Assembly: GCA_045863335.1 (NCBI GenBank) | Contig: BTVY01000074.1 | Coordinates: forward strand, 1 to 21,530 | Direction: 5' to 3' | Source: Candidatus Hydrogenedentota bacterium | GTDB lineage: Bacteria; Hydrogenedentota; Hydrogenedentia; Hydrogenedentales; SLHB01 | DNA: 21,530 bases | Shown here: in pieces, positions 9,050 to 17,016 of the stretch | Numbering within the stretch: position 1 is the first letter of the stretch | Layout of the letters: every line of letters begins with the position of its first letter | Made by a program: the position numbers and the translations under genes | The notes under the pieces: model-generated | Told to the model about the DNA's origin: nothing | The model's database searches: none | Seen by the model: only the letters and a program-made list of their open reading frames with translations

Positions 9050-10072
9050 ATGGCGGAAGAAGAAGTACTGGACGGACGGCCCATCGGCGAGGATCGGGAG
9101 TATGACGATCGCATACGGCCGGAGCGGCTCGATGACTTCCCCGGCCAGGAAGCCATCAAGGAAAAACTCCGCATATCCATCGCCGCCGCGAAAGCCCGCA
9201 GGGAACCCCTGGATCATATGCTGTTGTCGGGCCCGCCGGGATTGGGCAAGACGACCCTGGCCCGCATTCTCGCGCAGGAAATGGGCGTGGACATTAAATC
9301 GACTTCCGGCCCGGTGATCGAGCGGCAAGCGGATTTGAGCGCGATCCTCACGAGCCTGGAAGAATTCGACGTGCTCTTTATCGACGAAATCCATCGCCTG
9401 AACCACGCCGTCGAAGAGACGCTCTATTCCGCGATGGAAGATTTCGAAGTCGACATCATGCTTGGCAAAGGGCCCACGGCGCGGTCGATGAAGATTGGCT
9501 TGAAGCCCTTCACGTTGGTCGGCGCAACCACACGCTCGGGTTTGCTCACGCCACCCTTGCGGGCGCGCTTCGGCGACACGTGCCGGTTCGAATTCTATTC
9601 CCCCGAGGAATTAGAGGCTATCGTGACCCGCTCCGCCCGCATCCTGGGCGTGGAAATCGATCCCGACGGCGCGCTGGAAATCGCCGCCCGCAGCCGGGGC
9701 ACCGCGCGCGTGGCCAACCGGCTCCTGCGGCGCGTGCGGGACTATGCGCAAGTCAAAGGCGACGGCACGATTACGCAGGCACAGGCCGATGCGGCGCTGC
9801 GGCTGCAACGCATCGACGGATTGGGCCTGGACGATATGGATAAGTCCATCCTCCACACGGTGATCGACAAGTTCGGCGGGGGTCCCGTCGGACTATCCTC
9901 GCTGGCCGTCGCCGTGGGCGAGGAGGCCCAGACCCTCGAAGAGGTCCACGAGCCGTACTTGATCCAGATCGGCTTCATGAAGCGAACCCCGCAAGGCCGT
10001 GTGGCGACGCCACTTGCCTACAAACACCTGGGCAAGACTCCGCCTCAGGATCCCCAGTCCCGCCTGTTTTGA
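9050..10072 (+). CDS. ruvB: Holliday junction branch migration DNA helicase RuvB
   Basis: [12 protein letters not shown], Walker [10 protein letters not shown], Walker [36 protein letters not shown] and EPYLIQ...RTPQGR. Starts 3 nt after ruvA. Confidence 0.98.
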   Translation: MAEEEVLDGRPIGEDREYDDRIRPERLDDFPGQEAIKEKLRISIAAAKARREPLDHMLLSGPPGLGKTTLARILAQEMGVDIKSTSGPVIERQADLSAILTSLEEFDVLFIDEIHRLNHAVEETLYSAMEDFEVDIMLGKGPTARSMKIGLKPFTLVGATTRSGLLTPPLRARFGDTCRFEFYSPEELEAIVTRSARILGVEIDPDGALEIAARSRGTARVANRLLRRVRDYAQVKGDGTITQAQADAALRLQRIDGLGLDDMDKSILHTVIDKFGGGPVGLSSLAVAVGEEAQTLEEVHEPYLIQIGFMKRTPQGRVATPLAYKHLGKTPPQDPQSRLF

Positions 10073-10145
10073 TCGGGACGCTCCTTCCGAGCGAAGGACC
10101 ACGCCAGAGGCATGGCGAAACGGCATGGAACATTCCCGACCACTA

Positions 10146-10232
10146 TGTCGATATCGCTATCGGAATCGGTATCGAAATCGTTATTCGCTTCCCGCTTCGA
10201 TTCCGATCCCGATAGCGATATCGATAGCGACA
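10146..10232. repeat. Inverted pair of 6-mer tandem arrays (ATCGnn)n ... (nnCGAT)n
   Basis: Left: GTCGAT ATCGCT ATCGGA ATCGGT ATCGAA ATCGTT. Right: CTTCGA TTCCGA TCCCGA TAGCGA TATCGA TAGCGA. The arms pair at 27/29 nt. Confidence 0.85.
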
Positions 10233-10371
10233 AACCATGGCTATTCATTCCAAACGACTTGCGGACCAAGTTCTTAGCAGCAGCACATTGAGCAGTGCGC
10301 ATACTTCCCATCTTCCATATAGCAGGGCGCATTTCTTTTGAATAACCGGAACCGGGAACGGGTCACGGGTG

Positions 10372-10377
10372 TATAAT
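10372..10377 (+). promoter_or_regulatory. Candidate sigma-70 -10 box for the PilZ gene leader
   Basis: Perfect TATAAT in a GC-rich genome, about 200 nt upstream of the PilZ start. No clear -35 box. Confidence 0.45.
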
Positions 10378-10383
10378 AGAGTA

Positions 10384-10495
10384 GCGGCAAATCATTCGGT
10401 AAACCTTTCTCGTGCGGTTGGTGTCTCAGACAGCAGTAAGGGACGCAAGGCCAGTTGTTGCGGGGTCGCTCGGAGTACATGGAACCCGCAACCCA
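10384..10495 (+). promoter_or_regulatory. Structured 5' leader resembling a c-di-GMP-I (GEMM) riboswitch variant
   Basis: GGCAAA (10386) and GGTAAACC (10398), then GGGACGCAAGGCC (10440-10452), compared with the consensus GGCAAACC...GGGACGCAAAGCC. A stem GTTGCGGG/CCCGCAAC spans 10457-10492. No GNRA loop or tetraloop receptor is evident. Confidence 0.3.
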
Positions 10496-10578
10496 TCGCA
10501 GGGGATAGAAGAGTGAAAGGGATACGCTGCAACCTCAGTCTGTTCGGGGTTTCCGGCGCCAAAGTCGGAGTAGGATTG

Positions 10579-10947
10579 ATGAACGCACGAACACAGCATC
10601 AGGAAGCGCGCAGGCACTGCCGTCACAGGGTCGCGGTGTGTGCGTGGCTCGACTTCCACCACGAGAAAACCACGCGGGGAACCGTCTCGGAAGATCTCTC
10701 GCTGGAAGGCGCGCGCTTCAGCAGCATGCGCCCGGTCAACGTCGGTGATGGGGTGCTGATCCGGATGCAGTTGGATCGCACGGTCGGCGCGATCGAGTGC
10801 AAGGGACGCGTCTGCTGGACCGCCAGTCAGCCGAACCGGCTGCACACCTTCGGCGTGCGCTTCGTGGATCTATCGGAAGACGAGCGGGGTTCCCTCTCAA
10901 ACTATTTCGACGGGAACCATCATCCCACTGTGTGCGCCGCCGTCTAG
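10579..10947 (+). CDS. Stand-alone PilZ domain protein (c-di-GMP receptor)
   Basis: RRHCR (RxxxR) and DLSLEG (DxSxxG) motifs, plus GRVCW and FGVRFVDL. GGAG/AGGA lies upstream of ATG 10579. Confidence 0.9.
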   Translation: MNARTQHQEARRHCRHRVAVCAWLDFHHEKTTRGTVSEDLSLEGARFSSMRPVNVGDGVLIRMQLDRTVGAIECKGRVCWTASQPNRLHTFGVRFVDLSEDERGSLSNYFDGNHHPTVCAAV

Positions 10948-11021
10948 GACTGCGCCCCACACCAAAACACCCAATTACGCTCCTCACCCCTCCTGTCATT
11001 ACCCACGTGACAGCAGTGGTT

Positions 11022-11059
11022 AGGCGCCCTCCCAGACCCGGAGGGCGCCTTTCCATTTT
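11022..11059 (+). terminator. Rho-independent terminator after the PilZ gene
   Basis: Stem AGGCGCCCTCC/GGAGGGCGCCT (11022-11050) followed by TTCCATTTT. It lies between convergent genes. Confidence 0.75.
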
Positions 11060-11074
11060 CGTTCCACTGACTCG

Positions 11075-11178
11075 TATGGACAATATGGACGTTACGGACG
11101 CTATGGACGTTATGGACCGATTGTGCGTCGTATTCCTTCGTCCATAATGTCCATACAGTCCATTTCGCCCATACAGTC
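11075..11178. repeat. Inverted pair of 9-mer tandem arrays (TATGGACnn)x5 ... (GTCCATnnn)x4
   Basis: Left: TATGGACAA TATGGACGT TACGGACGC TATGGACGT TATGGAC (11075-11117). 22-nt spacer. Right: GTCCATAAT GTCCATACA GTCCATTTC GCCCATACA GTC (11140-11178). Confidence 0.85.
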
Positions 11179-11215
11179 TCGATGTGTTCGACGAACGATT
11201 TTCCAATTCGCCACG

Positions 11216-12559
11216 CTACGCGATGGGCGGGATTCCCGCGAGGCTGTCTTCCCAGGCCGACAAGGCCATGGCGAGCGAGTTGGCTTGGCCGGGCACGTCG
11301 AGCATGCGATTCGCCTGCTCGCCGGGGTCCTCCTCCAGGTTGTACAGTGACGTGGAATCGGGCGTGATGAGCAACTTCCACGTCCCCTGTCGAACGGCCT
11401 TCTGGCCCTGCTCGCCCGGAGTACGCCAGAATAAGGTGCGATCCGGGAGCGCCGCGCCAGTCGTCAGCAGAGGAACCAGACTGATACCGTCCATGGGGAT
11501 TCGGGTCCAGGCTTTGCGCCCCCCAAGTTCGACCAAGGTCGGGAAGATATCCATGGTCATGGCCGTCTGATGCGTCACACCGGGCGCGATCGTACCCGGC
11601 CACCACGCGATGGCGGGCACGCGATGGCCGCCTTCCCAGAGTGTGCCTTTGGTACCGGTGAACGGTGCATTGGACCCCGGCGCAGTCGCGCCATTGTCGG
11701 AGCAGAAGAACACGAAGGTATTCTCCAAGTTTCCGGTGCGATGCAACGCATCCATGATCTTCCCCACGCTTTCGTCAAGCGCCTCCACCATTTCCCGATA
11801 GGGCCGTGCAGCGTCGGTCCGGTCCGGATGGCCTTTGTCCGGCGTGCCTTCCGCGCGCTCCGCGGGATCGGTTCTCCCCTGGAAGGGGGCATGAGGCGCC
11901 TCGTGGGCAACGTAAAGACAGAAGGGCGTTTCGCTGCTCTGCAATTCGATGAATTCCACAGCGCTCTGCGTTATCAAATCCGTCGAATAGCCTTCGGCGC
12001 GCAATGGCTCGTCGTTGGACCACCAGTCGTGCACGCCGGAATTGTCGATGTGCGAGTGGTAGTCGATGTTGCCGCTGAGGTAGCCCTTGAACTCGCCAAA
12101 ACCCTGCTTGGTCGGGCGGAACGGCTCGGGATATCCCAGGTGCCATTTGCCGGTCATGGCGGACTTGTAGCCGGTTTCCTGGAGCATCTCGGCGAAGGTG
12201 ACCGCCCTAGGCGGGAGCCCTGGCTTATCGCGATGCTCTCCAGGGGTCAGCACATGCTCGATGCCCCAGCGCTGGGGGTAGAAACCCGTCAACAACGACG
12301 CGCGCGTGGGACTGCACACGGCGCCGTTGGAATGAAAGTCGGTGAAGCGCAACCCCGCTGCGGCGAGCGCGTCGATGTTGGGCGTCGAGATCGCCGTGTT
12401 GCCGTAGCACCCGAGGTCGCCGTAGCCCAGGTCGTCCGCAAGGATGATTACGATGTTCGGCGAACCCGGAAGCAATCCGGGCGCCGCCATCCCCGATACC
12501 GCAGACCACAACCCCACGCCGCCCAGCCCGGCGGCGCGCAAGAATTCGCGCCGGTCCAT
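11216..12559 (-). CDS. Formylglycine-dependent sulfatase (arylsulfatase-like) with Tat signal
   Basis: MDRREFL twin-arginine signal, PNIVIILADDLGYGD, CSPTRASLLTG (CxPxR), GKWHLG, SDNG and KGTLWEGGHRVP. Confidence 0.95.
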   Translation of the reverse strand: MDRREFLRAAGLGGVGLWSAVSGMAAPGLLPGSPNIVIILADDLGYGDLGCYGNTAISTPNIDALAAAGLRFTDFHSNGAVCSPTRASLLTGFYPQRWGIEHVLTPGEHRDKPGLPPRAVTFAEMLQETGYKSAMTGKWHLGYPEPFRPTKQGFGEFKGYLSGNIDYHSHIDNSGVHDWWSNDEPLRAEGYSTDLITQSAVEFIELQSSETPFCLYVAHEAPHAPFQGRTDPAERAEGTPDKGHPDRTDAARPYREMVEALDESVGKIMDALHRTGNLENTFVFFCSDNGATAPGSNAPFTGTKGTLWEGGHRVPAIAWWPGTIAPGVTHQTAMTMDIFPTLVELGGRKAWTRIPMDGISLVPLLTTGAALPDRTLFWRTPGEQGQKAVRQGTWKLLITPDSTSLYNLEEDPGEQANRMLDVPGQANSLAMALSAWEDSLAGIPPIA

Positions 12560-12652
12560 ACTCGCACCCCCTCTATGTGCGAACCATCATAGCAGATTCC
12601 GGGGAGGTCGACAGAAGCTTCTGAGCAAGTTTCATAAACGATGCAATGTGGG

Positions 12653-12726
12653 ATGTAGCGCAGGCGTCCCCGCCTGCATTCTATTCGGAACTGCACGATT
12701 TGCAGGCGGGGACGCCTGCGCTACAT
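12653..12726. repeat. REPIN-like element, GTAG-type REP inverted pair (family C)
   Basis: ATGTAGCGCAGGCGTCCCCGCCTGCA (12653-12678) and its perfect reverse complement (12701-12726). The GTAG tetranucleotide 5' of a hairpin is the classic REP layout. Confidence 0.88.
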
Positions 12727-12786
12727 TTCTGAGTACTCATGTCGTAACAAACATTGAATTGTTGGGAGATTTCGATTCGATGAAAA

Positions 12787-12895
12787 GAAAATTGGGAACA
12801 GGCACCATTTATCTACCAAGTAATTGGGTTACTCTGCAAAGCGCCTCAGTAGATAAATGGTGCCTGTCCCCAATTTTCACCCCAATTTTCACCCC
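12787..12895. repeat. GGGGACAGGCACC-type inverted repeat (family D) with a terminal 12-bp tandem duplication
   Basis: Arms 12787-12816 and 12849-12878 match at 29/30. CCCCAATTTTCA occurs at 12868-12879 and again at 12880-12891, followed by CCCC. Confidence 0.85.
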
Positions 12896-13545
12896 AGCGG
12901 GGGCGGTGAACTCAGATAGACGAACGAGCGGTCGCGGTCACCGTCCGCAGACTGTCGGGCCAGGGCGTCGCGATAGGACTGAGGAAGGACGCCGGGAAGG
13001 GCTTCGTCGAATTCGGCGAAGAACTCACGGCGGCAATGCGGTGCAACGTATAGCTTCAGCACCTTGCAACCGGGAATGAAACAATGCCTGAATCGAAAGA
13101 TCAATTCGGGACCCTTCACGCCAACCCCTTGTATATCCTCGGGACGAAACTTGAATGGCATGACGATCGACTTCGAATAGCCGCGCCAATTCGAGTAAAG
13201 AACCGAGAGCACGAGTCCCAAAGCGCCGCCGATGACCAGAACGGTCAATGCCTGCGCAAGAGTCAGATCCAGACCGCTGGCGACGGCGAGAACACCAGTC
13301 ATAAACACGATGTTGAACGCCATCAGTTCACGCGGAGGCGAGAACTGGAAACTGCCGCTGAGAGCAATCGCGCCATCGGAGGTGAACTCTAGCCACCCCG
13401 GACCCAGCACCGATCGTGCGCTACCGCTGGGCATCGCCCATACGTTGGGTTTATGGCGTTTCGTCTCGATCTTATTGCGAATCGAACGGGTGTGCCGGAA
13501 CTCACAGTCCCAAGGAGCATCGGACATGGCCGTAGTCTCCGTCAC
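12889..13545 (-). CDS. Hypothetical membrane protein, paralog 3 of tandem trio
   Basis: GGAGGT SD 9 nt before GTG; two TM segments; C-terminal LYVAPHCRREFFAEFDEALPGVLPQSYRDAL, shared with both upstream ORFs. Confidence 0.8.
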   Translation of the reverse strand: MTETTAMSDAPWDCEFRHTRSIRNKIETKRHKPNVWAMPSGSARSVLGPGWLEFTSDGAIALSGSFQFSPPRELMAFNIVFMTGVLAVASGLDLTLAQALTVLVIGGALGLVLSVLYSNWRGYSKSIVMPFKFRPEDIQGVGVKGPELIFRFRHCFIPGCKVLKLYVAPHCRREFFAEFDEALPGVLPQSYRDALARQSADGDRDRSFVYLSSPPPLG

Positions 13546-13593
13546 GTTACGTCAACCTCCAGAAGCGCGATGTGTCGCGTCTGTACGTTTTCT

Positions 13594-14466
13594 CTATTCC
13601 TCTGTTTGCGATGTTCGTTGCGAATCGACTTGGCGCGCCACGGCCAGAGCGCGCTGATACGCTGACGGTAGCGTGCCGGGGAAGGTACAGTCGAACTTCC
13701 GAAAGAACTCCTGCCGATACCCGGAGGGGACGAAGATGTAGATAGAAGATAGTCCGCGCAGGACGGAATGGCGAACCTTGAGGCGCACGTAGGGACCAAG
13801 GCACCTCGACCAGCGAATAGCCTCGGGCCGAATCTGCAAGGTGGAATCAGCCGCGAGCGCTCCGCAGTAGTATCGATAGTAGAGAAAGATCGAAACGTAC
13901 GGAATGACCAGCACAAGTGCGATAATAACGCCCCGCATTACGGTATCGTCCGCGTAACGCGTACCCAGATACCAACCGGCGGGAATCAGGGGCAGTGATG
14001 CCAGATTGTACAAGGGGTGGATGGTTTGAATGACGCCGCTCAGCGACATGCAGTCGTCTCTGAAGGACGCCGTTGCCCTTCCTTGAAGACTGACCGAAAC
14101 CCCTACCGGTACCAACACAACCTTGATATCCCGTTCCCCATCACTTGATGGAGTCGTGTCCCGCAGCACGTGTGCCCGCCTCAACTCGGCCGTTCGCGAC
14201 ATTCGCCTGAGTGCCCGCCAAGCGGTGTAAGCCAGAACGAGACCGATTGCCAACATCACGTACGGACTGATTTGCGCGGGCGTTACCTCGCTTCCCGTGA
14301 TCACTTCGTCAAGACTGGGGATTACGAAGAACAAGGACACCATCCCCAGGACGCAGGCCAGCAACAACCACAAGAACGCCACCAGGCAACTTGCTTCGTA
14401 CGGCATGCCGATGGACTCCTCATCCCAAGGCGCGATCGATCCGATATTCTTGTGAGTGGCGTTCAT
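13594..14466 (-). CDS. Hypothetical membrane protein, paralog 2 of tandem trio (extra N-terminal TM pair)
   Basis: ATGA overlap with the upstream paralog (14463-14466); about four TM segments; IFVPSGYRQEFFRKFDCTFPGTLPSAYQRAL. Confidence 0.8.
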   Translation of the reverse strand: MNATHKNIGSIAPWDEESIGMPYEASCLVAFLWLLLACVLGMVSLFFVIPSLDEVITGSEVTPAQISPYVMLAIGLVLAYTAWRALRRMSRTAELRRAHVLRDTTPSSDGERDIKVVLVPVGVSVSLQGRATASFRDDCMSLSGVIQTIHPLYNLASLPLIPAGWYLGTRYADDTVMRGVIIALVLVIPYVSIFLYYRYYCGALAADSTLQIRPEAIRWSRCLGPYVRLKVRHSVLRGLSSIYIFVPSGYRQEFFRKFDCTFPGTLPSAYQRALAVARQVDSQRTSQTEE

Positions 14467-15101
14467 TCTAAAGCTCGGCTATAGGCTTGCGGCAACACAC
14501 TGGGAAACGCCCGGTCGAACTCCGCGTAGAACGTTTCTCGAAAATGGGGCGGCACGTAGAGGCACAGCATCTTGATGCCCGGCAGCGGGCTTTGGCGGAA
14601 CCAGAGCTTCATGATGGGGCCGTAGAACTGAGCGCGGCGCAGGTCGGCATGGCGAAAGACGTAGGGTTGAGGTGCGGACTCCATCTTGCTCGCAACTCGT
14701 CGATCCGTCCAGTACGAGAGGCCCAGACCTGTTGCCCAGAGCAGAATTGTCACAGGAATCCACCACCAAGTTTGATTCAGGAGCCCTTTCGCCGCCCAAG
14801 CCCCCAAGACAGCCGCAATACAGACTGCTGGAAGGAATAAGTCATTTGTCGACTGTAAAGTCCCCGAAACTCCGAGTTCGCCGGGCGCGAAATTCACGTG
14901 TGCGGGCCCTTGGATATGACGCCCCATACCCGGTCGAATGAAATGAATATCCGGCCGATCTTCTTCGAAGTCCGAGTACGATTCGAGGACGCGCCAGACC
15001 TGCCGCCGCTCGGAATGGAGCATCGAACCGGTAAGAGACGCGGCTCCTGCCGGATATTCCCATCCCTCCCAGGGCTGTTCACTTGACGCCGCGGAACCCA
15101 T
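14463..15101 (-). CDS. Hypothetical membrane protein, paralog 1 of tandem trio
   Basis: GGAGGG SD upstream; two TM segments; LYVPPHFRETFYAEFDRAFPSVLPQAYSRAL. Confidence 0.8.
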   Translation of the reverse strand: MGSAASSEQPWEGWEYPAGAASLTGSMLHSERRQVWRVLESYSDFEEDRPDIHFIRPGMGRHIQGPAHVNFAPGELGVSGTLQSTNDLFLPAVCIAAVLGAWAAKGLLNQTWWWIPVTILLWATGLGLSYWTDRRVASKMESAPQPYVFRHADLRRAQFYGPIMKLWFRQSPLPGIKMLCLYVPPHFRETFYAEFDRAFPSVLPQAYSRALE

Positions 15102-15190
15102 TGCTTCTAACCCTCCATCCTTATACTACCCGCAACAGTGGTTTACTACAAGTGTTTAGATTCATCTGTGGTAAACCGCCCCGAAACATA

Positions 15191-15220
15191 AGATGGACCC
15201 CCGCTTTCGCGAGGGTGACG
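15191..15220. repeat. Single family-A palindromic repeat
   Basis: AGATGGACCCCCGCTTTCGCGAGGGTGACG closely matches the 218-247 arm. Confidence 0.8.
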
Positions 15221-15321
15221 GGGGGAGCGCTTGCCCGAAGCAATTGGAACTTGCGAAGACATATCGAAAGGCCGCGTTCCTGTTTTCGTCTTCGGCCGAG
15301 GACAGACCGCAGCATGAGGGA

Positions 15322-16446
15322 TCAGTTGTACAGGGCCTCAAATCGCCGGGTGTACCGTTCCGCGATGGCGGGGGAATGGATGATGAGAACGTTTTCGTCG
15401 TTGCTGTCTTCTGCGTTGTTGCTGAAGTTGTAGCTGCCGGTAATGACGGTTTCGGTATCGATGATGATGACTTTGTTGTGCATGGCGTGGGGGTTCCGGT
15501 CGAGGCGGGTCGCGGCGCCGTGGCGGGCGAGGAATTCGTCGTCGGTGTAGCGGGACCCGGCGTTGCGGGTTTCGAAGATGCCGCGCACTGCGACGCCGGT
15601 CTCGATGCGGCCAGCCATGGCCTTGGCGATGTCGTCGGAGGTGAAGGAGAAGGCCATGAAGTCGATGGTGCGGCCGGCGTCGCCGATCTCGTCGAGAATC
15701 TCACGGCGGACGTTGTCTTCTGGCGCGAAGTAAGTCTCGAACGTCACGCCATCGAGTACGACCACTGGATAGGGCGCGCCGCGGGGCGACCGGGGGCCAA
15801 ACTGCTGTTCCGCGAACATTTCGTTGAACTCGCCGGTGAAGTTCGCGGCCAGTTCGGGCGACGCGACGACGATGGCGTTGTTGTCGTTGCGGAAGAGGCC
15901 GTTCTCGGTGATGTTGGTGGAGCCGGTCCAGACGGTCTTGCCGTCGACGATGCAGAACTTGTCGTGCATGAAGGCGCTGCGCTTGTCGAAGACGACGGGA
16001 ATCCCGGCGGCGATGCATTGCTTCACGGCGTCTCCCCCGTCGTAGTCGGAATCGGAAACGATCCGGACCGTAACGCCCGCGTGGTGTTTTCGGATAAGCG
16101 CCTGGGCCGCGGGCATCCATTCGAGTTCATAGATGGCGCAGAAGATGCTCGTCTCGGCGGAGCCCAGGAAAGCGAGGAACTGGTCGTCCATGTCGTTGGT
16201 AGCAACGGGGGACGCGGGCGCGAAATAGACGGCGATATGTTCGGTGACGCGGCCATCGGGGATGTGCTGGGTCTGGCGCGCGCGTTGAAAGGCGCGGCCG
16301 GTGGTTTCCACGAAGTCGCGGCTCAGCCGCCGCAGATCGACTCCGGACCGCGCAATTACGATGGCGACGAGCACGATCGCCACAACGAACGCGATAGCGA
16401 CCAGCCTCTTCCGCGGCCGTCTTGGTTTTCTACGTCTCCTGCTCAC
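15322..16446 (-). CDS. Phospholipase D superfamily protein (two HKD motifs; Nuc-like nuclease or phospholipase), membrane-anchored
   Basis: MHDKFCIVD...WTGSTN and MHNKVIIID...ITGSYN; basic N-terminus followed by one TM helix. Confidence 0.9.
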   Translation of the reverse strand: MSRRRRKPRRPRKRLVAIAFVVAIVLVAIVIARSGVDLRRLSRDFVETTGRAFQRARQTQHIPDGRVTEHIAVYFAPASPVATNDMDDQFLAFLGSAETSIFCAIYELEWMPAAQALIRKHHAGVTVRIVSDSDYDGGDAVKQCIAAGIPVVFDKRSAFMHDKFCIVDGKTVWTGSTNITENGLFRNDNNAIVVASPELAANFTGEFNEMFAEQQFGPRSPRGAPYPVVVLDGVTFETYFAPEDNVRREILDEIGDAGRTIDFMAFSFTSDDIAKAMAGRIETGVAVRGIFETRNAGSRYTDDEFLARHGAATRLDRNPHAMHNKVIIIDTETVITGSYNFSNNAEDSNDENVLIIHSPAIAERYTRRFEALYN

Positions 16447-16521
16447 GACCGCGCATTATGGCCAAATCGGAGGTGCGGGCCAAACCCGGAACGTGCTTCC
16501 CGTCCCGCAATCTCCATCCCC

Positions 16522-16549
16522 AATTCGTGATTCGTAATTCGTAATTCCG
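16522..16549. repeat. 7-mer tandem array (AATTCGT)x4, degenerate
   Basis: AATTCGT GATTCGT AATTCGT AATTCCG. Confidence 0.7.
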
Positions 16550-16903
16550 AACTGCAACTTCCCAGACCATACTTATAGGGAGCATTCTGTCCATGCCAAT
16601 CACCCAAGCCAGCGCCGCACGCTTACTCCGCGACTCGCGCGACGTCCTCGTCCTCGTGGCAAACGGAGACTCTTGGAATTGAAATCCCCTTGCCACCCCT
16701 TGAATCGACAAAAGGGAACGTGGGGTGCACCCCTGCTTCACCAGAAAGCCGGTCCGTACCCGAATCCAGCGTAACTATGTGGAAAAACGCAGTTTAAGGG
16801 CAGAACTTCCCGGAGCACCGTAAGCGCCGCACCCTGGTTACACCCCCTTGAACCGTCAAAAAGAAAAATGCGGGGGGGTGATCCCGCAACCGACCAGCGA
16901 AGA

Positions 16904-16929
16904 CGCCCGGCGTGGAAGCCGGGCGCTAC
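16904..16929 (-). repeat. Single GTAG-type REP
   Basis: The minus strand reads GTAG CGCCCGGC TTCCAC GCCGGGCG (8-bp stem). Confidence 0.65.
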
Positions 16930-16974
16930 AGAACGTTTCAGGCCGATTCGCCATCTTCGTTTGGTTATTAGAAC

Positions 16975-17016
16975 ATTCGAATTTGTTTCGGATTTCGAAA
17001 TTCGGATTTCGGATTT
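16975..17016. repeat. 7-mer tandem array (TTTCGGA)n
   Basis: ATTCGAATTTG TTTCGGA TTTCGAA ATTCGGA TTTCGGA TTT, beginning a few nt past the stop codon of the phosphoesterase gene. Confidence 0.8.

Noticed and set aside
10082-10121. Small hairpins after ruvB (TCCTTC/GAAGGA; CCACGCC-AGA-GGCATGG)
   Set aside because: Short stems, no U-tract and no second copy in the window, so they cannot be called a terminator or REP.
10045-10332. 95-aa minus-strand ORF with SLSISLS / DTDSDSDID tracts
   Set aside because: The low-complexity tracts are simply translations of the 6-mer arrays. It overlaps the ruvB end, and I see no convincing homology.
10146-11178. Short tandem arrays as CRISPR or iterons
   Set aside because: Units are 6-9 bp without unique spacers, and no cas or rep gene is present.
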